A stretch of 46,303 bases of DNA from Clostridia bacterium (lineage in GTDB: Bacteria > Bacillota > Clostridia > UMGS1883), in NCBI GenBank assembly GCA_045646985.1, contig JAZRLV010000033.1:1-46303 (forward strand), written 5' to 3'. Position numbers and translations under genes: made by a program. The notes under the pieces were generated by a model, which did not search any database, was not told the origin of the DNA, and worked only from the letters and a program-made list of their open reading frames with translations. Positions 36,642 to 44,984 of the stretch are shown one piece after another. How positions within the stretch are numbered: position 1 is the stretch's first letter; each line of letters begins with the position of its first letter.

Positions 36642-36977
36642 ATGAAAAAACTTATTTGTTTAATGGCGGCTGTTATGTTGTTATTTACTGCCTGCGGAAA
36701 CAATGATGCAAATGACAATATGACAAATGACGGAGTTGTTGAGGATAACAACGGCATTATTGAAGACAAGGATAATAATGGAAACTCAACAGCAGGGGAT
36801 GCTGTTGATGATGTCAAAGACGGTGCGGGAGATGTTGTAGACGGCGCCGCTGATGCAGTTGATGACGCTGTAGGCGGAGTTGAGAATGCAGTTGATGAAA
36901 TGACCGGAAACGACAACAAGAACGACGATAAAAACAACAATAACAATAATAACAACAGCACTAACAGCAACAAATAA
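36642..36977 (+). CDS. Asn/Asp-rich low-complexity lipoprotein
   Basis: MKK + hydrophobic core + LFTAC lipobox; GDAVDD-type repeats and poly-Asn tail; GAAAGGA RBS. Confidence 0.85.
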   Translation: MKKLICLMAAVMLLFTACGNNDANDNMTNDGVVEDNNGIIEDKDNNGNSTAGDAVDDVKDGAGDVVDGAADAVDDAVGGVENAVDEMTGNDNKNDDKNNNNNNNNSTNSNK

Positions 36978-36979
36978 TC

Positions 36980-36997
36980 GCCGGGGCAGACCCCGGC
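36980..36997 (+). terminator. Stem-loop after the lipoprotein gene
   Basis: GCCGGGG-CAGA-CCCCGGC; weak T tail. Confidence 0.5.
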
Positions 36998-37024
36998 TTA
37001 CATATTTGATACGGGGGAGTTACA

Positions 37025-38287
37025 ATGAACAAAACAGAGCTTAAAAAAGGAATAAATCTTTATCTTGTAAAGGATGAAAAATTTAAGGCATTCAGAGCTT
37101 GTTTGCTCATTCACAGGCCGCTTACAAAAGAAGAGGTTACGCTTAATACTCTTACTGCGGCGGTAGTAAGAATGCAGAGCAAAAACTATCCTACAGCGCA
37201 GAAAATATCCGAAGAGCTTGAAAATCTTTACGGAGCAGAGCTTATTGTGCGTGCAAGCAAGTATGGAGAAAGACAGATAATTAAAATAGGCTTGCAGTCA
37301 GTGTGCGACGAAGCATTAGGAAAAAAAGGTAATTTTGAAAAAGCTATGAAACTGCTTTGCGACATTGTACTTTGCGGCGGAAACGGAGAAGGGTTCTCTG
37401 AAAATGTTGTAAGCATTGAAAAGAAAAATATATCCGATGCAATACTTGCGCAGAAAAATGATAAGCGAAGCTACAGCGTGACAAGACTGCTTGAAGAAAT
37501 GTGCAAGGATGAGCCATATGGCACAGACCCTATGGGTTATATTGAACAGCTTAAAAAAATTGATGCTGACACCCTCTACTCTCATTACAGAAAAATAATT
37601 GAAGAAAGCAGAATTGATATAATTTTTTCAGGTAATTTTGATGAAAAAGATGCTAAGAGTGCAGCGGCAAATATTGCAGCAAATCTTCCTGAAAGAGATA
37701 TTCAGCCCATAAAGGAAACAACAGATAAAATTCCTTCAGAGGTAAAGCGTGTTACAGATAAAATGGATGTAACACAAGGAAAGCTGTGCATGGGATGGCG
37801 CTGCGGAAAAAATACATCGGGAGAAAATTACCCTGCCGCAATAGTATACAACACCATATTCGGAGGAAGTGCAGTGAGCAAGCTTTTTAATAATGTCCGT
37901 GAAAAGCTTTCTCTTTGCTATTATGTATCAAGCAGTATAGACCGCCTTAAGGAAATTATGATTGTAAGAAGCGGTGTAGAATTTGAAAATTTTACAAAAG
38001 CATATGACGAGATTATGGCGCAGCAGGAATTAATGGTAAAGGGCGAATTTTCAGATGATGAAATAGATAGTGCTAAAAAGCAGCTTATAAGTGCCTACGA
38101 ATCAAAAACAGACAGTGTCGGCGCAATGGCTGAATATAATACTATGCAGCTGCTTTTGGGAACGGACGTTTCAATAGAAGAAATGATAGAAAAAATACAA
38201 AAAGTAACAAGAGAAGAAATAGCACAGGCAGCAAAAGAAATGAAGCTTGATACTGTTTACTGTATCGATAAGGAGGCGGAAAGATGA
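37025..38287 (+). CDS. ymfF: M16 peptidase family, non-catalytic subunit (YmfF-like)
   Basis: LENLYGA, QGKLCMG and IFGG..SKLFNNVREKLSLCYY motifs; lacks HXXEH; paired with the next gene. Confidence 0.85.
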   Translation: MNKTELKKGINLYLVKDEKFKAFRACLLIHRPLTKEEVTLNTLTAAVVRMQSKNYPTAQKISEELENLYGAELIVRASKYGERQIIKIGLQSVCDEALGKKGNFEKAMKLLCDIVLCGGNGEGFSENVVSIEKKNISDAILAQKNDKRSYSVTRLLEEMCKDEPYGTDPMGYIEQLKKIDADTLYSHYRKIIEESRIDIIFSGNFDEKDAKSAAANIAANLPERDIQPIKETTDKIPSEVKRVTDKMDVTQGKLCMGWRCGKNTSGENYPAAIVYNTIFGGSAVSKLFNNVREKLSLCYYVSSSIDRLKEIMIVRSGVEFENFTKAYDEIMAQQELMVKGEFSDDEIDSAKKQLISAYESKTDSVGAMAEYNTMQLLLGTDVSIEEMIEKIQKVTREEIAQAAKEMKLDTVYCIDKEAER

Positions 38288-39576
38288 ACTTTACAAAAGT
38301 ACACTATGACACATTGAATGAAACCGTATATTCTGCCACGCATAAAAGCGGATTGCGTGTTATCCTTATAAAAAAGCCCGGTTTTAAGAAAAGCTATGCG
38401 ACCTTCAGCACAAAGTACGGCTCAATTAATACTGAGTTTGTTGTGCCGGGAGAAACCCAAACAACTAAGGTCATTGACGGTGTGGCACATTTCTTAGAGC
38501 ATAAGGTATTTGAACAGCCTGACGGAAGCAACGCATTTAACGACTTTTCTAAATACGGAGCGAATGCCAACGCTTTTACAAGCTTTGGTGTGACAAATTA
38601 TCTCTACAGCTGTACGGATTATTTCTATGAAAATCTTGAAATTCTGCTCAATTTTGTGCAGACACCATATTTTACGGAAGAAAACGTGGAAAAGGAAAAG
38701 GGAATTATCGCACAGGAAATCAGAATGTATGAGGACGATGCTGAGCAGACTTGCATGTATAACTGCCTTGAGGCAATGTATGAAAATCATCCCGTAAGGA
38801 CTAATATAGCAGGAAGCGTGGATGAAATTATGAAAACTACTCCCGAGCTTCTTTATAAGTGCTACAATACTTTTTATCACCCGTCAAATATGGCGCTTAT
38901 CTGTGTGGGAGACCTTGACGAGGCGAAAATATGGGAAACAGTTGAAAAATGCATAAAAGCCACATCTCCGCATGGAAAAATAACACAGGTATTCCCAAAA
39001 GAAAAGAGTACTGTAAACAAAAGGCGCATAGAGGCAAGCTTTGATATACCTGTACCTATGTTTATGATTGGCTTTAAGGACCGATACTTTGCCGGAAACA
39101 GCAGTGAAATCCTAAAGCGTGAAACCGTGACGAACTGTCTTTTAAGAACTCTTTTCGGAAAAAGCAGCAGCTTTTATAAAGACCTTTATGATAGCGGTGT
39201 AATAAATAAAACATTCTCAACCTTTTATGAATATGAGGACAGCTGTGCCTACGCAGCATTTTTCGGAGAGTCAGAGAATATCGATAAAGTAGAGAAAGAG
39301 ATATTCAAAACAGTTGAAAATGCGAAGAAAAATGGTATTGATGCTGACGCCTTTGAAAGAGCAAAAAAAGTGCTGTGCGGACAGTTTATGGCAATTTTTG
39401 ATAGTGTGGAAAGCTTTGGAAATGAGTATATGATGTGCTATCACAAGGGCGTAAATCTTTTTGACTATGCCGCTATATGCGAAAATCTTACAATAGAGGA
39501 CGCAAATAAAAGACTGTGTGAGCTGTTTAACGAGGAGCAGTGTGCTGTATCGGCAGTATTCCCCAAGAAAGGGTGA
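38284..39576 (+). CDS. ymfH: M16 zinc peptidase (YmfH-like)
   Basis: GVAHFLEHKVF (HXXEH), ANAFTSF, EKEKGIIAQEI and FYHPSNM motifs. Confidence 0.92.
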   Translation: MNFTKVHYDTLNETVYSATHKSGLRVILIKKPGFKKSYATFSTKYGSINTEFVVPGETQTTKVIDGVAHFLEHKVFEQPDGSNAFNDFSKYGANANAFTSFGVTNYLYSCTDYFYENLEILLNFVQTPYFTEENVEKEKGIIAQEIRMYEDDAEQTCMYNCLEAMYENHPVRTNIAGSVDEIMKTTPELLYKCYNTFYHPSNMALICVGDLDEAKIWETVEKCIKATSPHGKITQVFPKEKSTVNKRRIEASFDIPVPMFMIGFKDRYFAGNSSEILKRETVTNCLLRTLFGKSSSFYKDLYDSGVINKTFSTFYEYEDSCAYAAFFGESENIDKVEKEIFKTVENAKKNGIDADAFERAKKVLCGQFMAIFDSVESFGNEYMMCYHKGVNLFDYAAICENLTIEDANKRLCELFNEEQCAVSAVFPKKG

Positions 39577-39584
39577 ACCTATAA

Positions 39585-39767
39585 TGAGTTTGCAAAGCAA
39601 ACTCAATGAATTGCCTTCGGCATGAATTGAAATCAGACATTTCATTAATTGAGCCTACGGCTCATGAATTGCACCTTTCGGTGCATTATAAAGGCAATTC
39701 AATTCATGGAGCGATAGCGAGAATTCATGGTGATAACCAATTCATGACAACGGAGTTGTCAATTCAT
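39585..39767. repeat. Mirror-symmetric array of ATGAATT heptamers separated by variable mini-hairpins
   Basis: ATGAATT at 39606, 39622 and 39664, ATTAATT at 39644, then the inverse AATTCAT at 39701, 39722, 39739 and 39761. Spacers are distinct self-complementary sequences. Confidence 0.85.
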
Positions 39768-39876
39768 TAAAAATGAGTGACATCTAAAATATACACCGCC
39801 CCTGTGTGATCGCCCAAATTTCATGTGTTCGTGAATCTCCATTACAGAAAAATTATCAAAAAGAGGCGAAGAAACT

Positions 39877-40656
39877 ATGAATAATATATCTTTTCCGAGA
39901 CTGGGGCTTAGCTTTGATATAAATCCTGTTGCAATAGATTTACCGTTTTTAGGCGGTGTACACTGGTACGGTGTAATTATTGCGACAGGAATAATTCTTG
40001 CCGTAATATATTGCAGTTTTCTTGCAAAAAAAGAAGACGTATCACCCGAAATATTGACTGATATGCTCTTGTATGCACTCCCTGTAGCAATAATCTGCGC
40101 ACGTATATATTACGTAGTATTTTCCTGGGAGGATTATCGTGATAATATTTCCGATGTGTTTAAAATATGGGAGGGCGGTCTTGCCATTTACGGAGGTATA
40201 ATAGGAGCTATCGTTACCGCAGGAATATTTTTTAAAATAAGAAAGCTTAATGTTCTTAAAATGTTTGATATATGCTGCCTTGGTGTTATGATAGGTCAAG
40301 CTGTCGGCAGGTGGGGCAATTTTGTAAATGCCGAAGCCTTTGGCGGTGCGTGCAGCTACATATGGGGAATGAGCATTAACGGAGGAGAGTGTGTTCATCC
40401 GACGTTTTTATATGAATCGCTCTGGAATATTGCAGGTCTTACTATACTTTCATATCTGCACAGAAGAAGAAGGTATTACGGCTTTACGTTCTTTTCGTAT
40501 CTTGCATGGTATGGAACGGGCAGATTTTTTATCGAAGGACTGCGCAGTGACAGCCTTTATCTTGGCGGTATACGCATATCGCAGCTTGTTGCGCTCGTTT
40601 GCGTATTTATAGGCACTGCGGTGAATATTTACCTTTCCAAAAGGAATAGCCATTGA
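39877..40656 (+). CDS. lgt: Prolipoprotein diacylglyceryl transferase
   Basis: HWYG, ARIYYV, WEGGLAIYGG, GQAVGRWGNFVNAEAFG, HPTFLYES and RFFIEGLR motifs. Confidence 0.97.
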   Translation: MNNISFPRLGLSFDINPVAIDLPFLGGVHWYGVIIATGIILAVIYCSFLAKKEDVSPEILTDMLLYALPVAIICARIYYVVFSWEDYRDNISDVFKIWEGGLAIYGGIIGAIVTAGIFFKIRKLNVLKMFDICCLGVMIGQAVGRWGNFVNAEAFGGACSYIWGMSINGGECVHPTFLYESLWNIAGLTILSYLHRRRRYYGFTFFSYLAWYGTGRFFIEGLRSDSLYLGGIRISQLVALVCVFIGTAVNIYLSKRNSH

Positions 40657-40922
40657 AGTATTATCCGAACCCGCCTGAAACGGTGAAATTTAGGCATCTT
40701 TTAACTTGTTGTCCTTGAAAGGCGACACCCTACCGGCGTCCGCCGCATTAAAATATGCACAAAATTTCATCCGTTTCAGGTTCAAAGAATTTTTTGCAAA
40801 CTATTTTTTGCCGATACAAGGCAAAAACGAAGCCGATACTGATGTATCGGCAAGGCTTTTAACGTAGTATCGGGGAAAAAGAGAAAGCAAAAAACGTGGT
40901 TCGGATAATTCTTCAATGGCTA
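40647..40922. mobile_element. MITE-like element C (272 bp plus flanking TA dinucleotides)
   Basis: Ends TAGCCATTGAAGTATTATCCGAACC / GGTTCGGATAATTCTTCAATGGCTA (24 of 25 complementary). Two long internal hairpin arms. Supplies the lgt stop codon. Confidence 0.8.
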
Positions 40923-40989
40923 AGTTTACAAATTAAGACATAAATTTTGTTAATTTCCACAAAGTGTATAATTTAAAACAAATATCCTA

Positions 40990-41018
40990 TTGACTTATTT
41001 AACAAACCAAGTTAAAAT
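40990..41018 (+). promoter_or_regulatory. Sigma-A promoter of the SLH gene
   Basis: TTGACT-N17-TAAAAT. Confidence 0.65.
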
Positions 41019-41060
41019 ATATTTGCGAAGCTATAATTTTTTATGCAAAGGAGAGTTATT

Positions 41061-43841
41061 ATGAGAAGTTTAAAGAAGCTTATCACCATGCTTGTGGCTG
41101 TGGCAATGATACTTACTTCAATGGGTATACCTGCACTTGCGGCAAGCTTTAGTGATATTACAGATCAGCGTGTGTCGGAGGCTGTGGACAAGCTTGTGGG
41201 CTTTAATATTATCACAGGCTACGAGGACGGCACATTTAAGCCTGATAATCAGATTACAAGAGCAGAATTTGCTGCTATAGTTACACGTATGAAGGGTGTT
41301 GCAGATAACCTCAGCACAGATGCAGTTACAGGTTTTTCTGACCTTGACAATGATTCTTCACGTGCATGGGCACGTCCTTATGTAAAGGCGGCAGTAGACC
41401 TTAAGATTATAAACGGTTTTGAGGACGGCACTTTCAGAGCAGGGGAGCCTGTTACATATGAGCAGGCTGTAAAAATGCTCGTTTGTGCTGTAGGATATGA
41501 GGTTGTTGCAAGAAGTGAGTATAATAAGATTATTGCTACAAACCCCAATGCTACATGGTCAGCAGGCTATATTGCTGCTGCTAATAAGCACGGCATTACA
41601 AAAGGTGTAATTACTGCCAAAATTTCTGAGCCTGCTGCACGTGGTGTTGTTGCAGTGCTTACAAGCAACGGACTCGATGTTCCTGAAATCAAGGAGAATG
41701 AGGACGGAACCTTTGAAAAGGTTGACCCCGAAGAAGAAACAAATAAGAATGTTGAGGAAATAAAGGGGGTTGTATCGGGAACATATTACACAGGTCTTGA
41801 TGCAGCAAGTGTGGATGTTGCTCAGAACGAAATTATGATTGGCACAGGCGAGGATAAGGAAACTTATGAGCTTTCAGCTGAACTCCGTAAGTCGATTAAC
41901 TTTGAAGACCTTATCGGTAAGAATGTAGTTGCATATTACGATACTATTGACCGTCAGGTTACATCGGTTGTAGCACGTAATAACACAAGTACAATTATTA
42001 AAGAACAGGATATCATCAGCATAAACGGCGATACTGTAAGGTATTATACAGATGAAAACAGAAGAAATACAGATTCCATTTCACTTTCAGGATATACAAA
42101 AATATACAATGGTAAGTATTATCCTGCGGCAGATCTTGCAAATGATTTCAGAAACGGACAGATTGAGCTTATCGAGGGTGGCGGACAGAAGGTTGCCAAG
42201 ATTACAAGCTATCAGGTGTTTGTTGTAAACAGCAAGAGCTTTACTTCAACAGAAGAAAGAATTTATTTCAAGGATAATAAGGAGTATAAACCTGGGGAGG
42301 CATTTTACGATTTCCCTGCGGCAACATCTTCAAAGCCCGAAATTTATCAGAATGGTGCGAAAAAAGAGTTTTCTTCATCACTATTCTCTGAATGGACTGT
42401 AATCAATCTTCTCGAATCTCCCAATGTTGGTGGCAACAAGGTTAACAGAATGTATCTTACCAGTGGCAAGAAGTCAGGTAAGATTACACAGGGTCTTGAC
42501 GAGGAAAGAATGGTTATGATGGACGGTAAGGAGATTTTCCTGACACGTGACTATGCAGAAAGCAGTGACAAGGTTACATTTGAGCTTAATTCAACCTATT
42601 CCTATGTCCTTGACTACACAGGTCAGATTGCCGCAGTTGATAAGAAGGCTGCTGCAACAAATACTAAGTATGAAAATGGCTACATTATCGGTGCAGATGA
42701 TGAAAAGGTGCGTCTTATTCTTAAGGATGGAACAGATACAACTGTTGCGATGAAGAAGAATGTCAAGATTGACGGTGTAAGCATTGATAAAGATGATGTA
42801 AAATCAAAGCTTGAAGCAACTGCAACATTGGCTAATAGCACAGAATGTTATCAGCCTGTAAAATATAATATTACAAACAGCGAACTTGTAGCACTTGATA
42901 CAGTTGCAGATTCAACAGGTGCGAAAGCAACTGCTGTAGGAAGTAATAGTGATGATACATTAGTGTATTATGGTGCTAAAGAAACCTCTAGTGCTACTAC
43001 AAGTGATGTTACTGTAACTGGTAGTAATGGAGAAAATTTGTGTCAGTTTTCTAATTCTACAATTGTTATATATGTACCATACGATAAATCTGCAGTAGCT
43101 GATTATTCTGTTATGTCAGCTTCTAAAGCATTTAATATATCTAAAAATAGAAAAATTGAGGCGTTGGGAACAGACAGCCTTGATGAACGTTTAAAAAGCA
43201 CTGACATAGTAATTATGAATGCAAAAGATGCGTATGATCTTGCTCCAGCTTATACCTTTGCGGCAAACACACCATATATGCTTGTAACAAAGGTGCGTAA
43301 CGGTGGAGAGGTGATTGAAGGATATTCAAATGGATCAGACACTACAATATCCCTTAATATCTCAGAAGAAAAGTACAAAGAATCAGGCGATAACGGAATA
43401 CCTAGTGGAAATGTAGGAAAAGGAGACATTATTCGTTATATTAAAAATGGTGATTACGTTATTGCAATGGAAATGGTGTATGATGCAGACGGCGAAGGCG
43501 GAAAGCTTGGAGAAGATGGAAACAGTTTGGTTTTTGATTCGGAGGCTGGTTCAGGAGAATTGCATATCAAATATGTTGAAGCAGTAAAGAAAGATGAAGA
43601 AAACAAACAGCTTAGTGTCACAACGGATATAGGGGTATCCACTATTGATATAAATAAAGTTCTTGTATATAAAGTTGATTCTACCGTCGTTTACAGAGTT
43701 GATGGCAGTGAAATTGTTGCAGAGAAAATTTTGGATAATATTAATGTAGCAGAAGGAAGTGCCAGTGAAATAATTGTTATTACGAAGGATTCTGATTCGA
43801 CAGCCAGACCAACAGCTAAAGCTATCTACATTGTAAAGTAA
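41061..43841 (+). CDS. S-layer homology (SLH) domain surface protein, probable S-layer protein
   Basis: Signal peptide (..PALA-A); SLH repeats IITGYEDGTFKPDNQITRAEF and IINGFEDGTFRAGEPVTYEQA; long beta-rich C-terminus; own promoter and strong terminator. Confidence 0.9.
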   Translation: MRSLKKLITMLVAVAMILTSMGIPALAASFSDITDQRVSEAVDKLVGFNIITGYEDGTFKPDNQITRAEFAAIVTRMKGVADNLSTDAVTGFSDLDNDSSRAWARPYVKAAVDLKIINGFEDGTFRAGEPVTYEQAVKMLVCAVGYEVVARSEYNKIIATNPNATWSAGYIAAANKHGITKGVITAKISEPAARGVVAVLTSNGLDVPEIKENEDGTFEKVDPEEETNKNVEEIKGVVSGTYYTGLDAASVDVAQNEIMIGTGEDKETYELSAELRKSINFEDLIGKNVVAYYDTIDRQVTSVVARNNTSTIIKEQDIISINGDTVRYYTDENRRNTDSISLSGYTKIYNGKYYPAADLANDFRNGQIELIEGGGQKVAKITSYQVFVVNSKSFTSTEERIYFKDNKEYKPGEAFYDFPAATSSKPEIYQNGAKKEFSSSLFSEWTVINLLESPNVGGNKVNRMYLTSGKKSGKITQGLDEERMVMMDGKEIFLTRDYAESSDKVTFELNSTYSYVLDYTGQIAAVDKKAAATNTKYENGYIIGADDEKVRLILKDGTDTTVAMKKNVKIDGVSIDKDDVKSKLEATATLANSTECYQPVKYNITNSELVALDTVADSTGAKATAVGSNSDDTLVYYGAKETSSATTSDVTVTGSNGENLCQFSNSTIVIYVPYDKSAVADYSVMSASKAFNISKNRKIEALGTDSLDERLKSTDIVIMNAKDAYDLAPAYTFAANTPYMLVTKVRNGGEVIEGYSNGSDTTISLNISEEKYKESGDNGIPSGNVGKGDIIRYIKNGDYVIAMEMVYDADGEGGKLGEDGNSLVFDSEAGSGELHIKYVEAVKKDEENKQLSVTTDIGVSTIDINKVLVYKVDSTVVYRVDGSEIVAEKILDNINVAEGSASEIIVITKDSDSTARPTAKAIYIVK

Positions 43842-43856
43842 ATAACTAACATTTTT

Positions 43857-43897
43857 TCAAGGTAAAGAGCAAAAGCTCTTTACCTTGATTTTTTTTT
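43857..43897 (+). terminator. Rho-independent terminator
   Basis: TCAAGGTAAAGAGC-AAAA-GCTCTTTACCTTGA followed by T9. Confidence 0.9.
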
Positions 43898-43937
43898 GTG
43901 GTAAAATAGATTTATCGAATTAAAAAAGGTGATTAAA

Positions 43938-44984
43938 ATGCAAAGACGTATTTCAAGACAAATAAATGTTGGAGGTGTGCTTATCGGTGGCGGGGCACCC
44001 ATAAGTGTGCAATCAATGTGCAATACCGATACACGTGATATTAGCGCAACACTTGCACAGATAAACGAGCTTCACAAGGCAGGGTGTGATATTGTTCGCC
44101 TTGCCGTGCCTGATATGAAAGCAGCGCTTGCCATTGCTCAGATTAAAAAAGAATCTCCCGTTCCCATTGTGGCAGATATTCATTTTGATTACCGTCTTGC
44201 AATAGAGTGCGCAAAGGGTGGAGTAGATAAAATTCGTATTAACCCCGGAAACATCGGCTCACCCGAGCGTGTAAAGGCAGTTGCAGAGGAATGCGGTGCA
44301 AGGAATATTCCTATAAGAATAGGGGTGAACGGTGGCTCGCTTGAGCGTGAGCTTTTGGAAAAGTATAAATCACCTACTCAAGATGCGTTATGTGAAAGTG
44401 CTCTTTCACATATAAAGCTTTTGGAGACTCAGGGATTTTATGATATTGCACTTTCTATTAAGTCCAGTAACGTAAGCGTGATGTATGAAGCATATAAAAA
44501 AATAGCGACAATGATAGACTATCCTCTGCATATAGGGGTTACGGAGGCAGGCACAGAGTACGGAGGACTTGTAAAAAACAGTATAGGAATAGGAAGTCTG
44601 CTCCTTGAAGGTATCGGAGATACACTCAGAGTTTCTCTTACCGCACCCGTTGTGCGTGAGGTAAGGGCAGGGATTGAGATTTTAAAAGCACTGGGGCTTC
44701 GTGGCGGTGTACAGTTTGTAAGCTGCCCGACCTGCGGACGTTGTAGGGTTGATATGATAAGCGTTGCAGATGAGGTTAGTGCAAGGCTTATACGTGTTAA
44801 TAAAGATATAACTGTTGCGGTAATGGGCTGTGCAGTGAACGGCCCCGGTGAAGCACGGGAGGCGGATATAGGAATTGCGTGCGGCAATGGTGTAGCACTT
44901 CTCTTTAAAAAAGGTGAAATACAGCGTAAAATACCGATAGAATGCGCCGCTGATGAACTATTAAAAGAAATAGAGGATATGTAA
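43938..44984 (+). CDS. ispG: (E)-4-hydroxy-3-methylbut-2-enyl-diphosphate synthase
   Basis: ISVQSM, ADIHFDY, RINPGNIG, RIGVNGGSL, GIGDTLRVSL, SCPTCGR and MGCAVNGPGEA motifs. Confidence 0.97.
   Translation: MQRRISRQINVGGVLIGGGAPISVQSMCNTDTRDISATLAQINELHKAGCDIVRLAVPDMKAALAIAQIKKESPVPIVADIHFDYRLAIECAKGGVDKIRINPGNIGSPERVKAVAEECGARNIPIRIGVNGGSLERELLEKYKSPTQDALCESALSHIKLLETQGFYDIALSIKSSNVSVMYEAYKKIATMIDYPLHIGVTEAGTEYGGLVKNSIGIGSLLLEGIGDTLRVSLTAPVVREVRAGIEILKALGLRGGVQFVSCPTCGRCRVDMISVADEVSARLIRVNKDITVAVMGCAVNGPGEAREADIGIACGNGVALLFKKGEIQRKIPIECAADELLKEIEDM

Noticed and set aside
36575-36973. 132-aa minus-strand Leu/Ser-rich ORF
   Set aside because: Antisense shadow of the Asn/Asp-rich lipoprotein; AAC/GAT repeats read as Leu/Val/Ser on the other strand.
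39585-39767. CRISPR array interpretation of the repeat/spacer pattern
   Set aside because: Repeats are only 7 bp, spacers are 9-15 bp and self-complementary, orientation flips midway, and there are no cas genes in the window.
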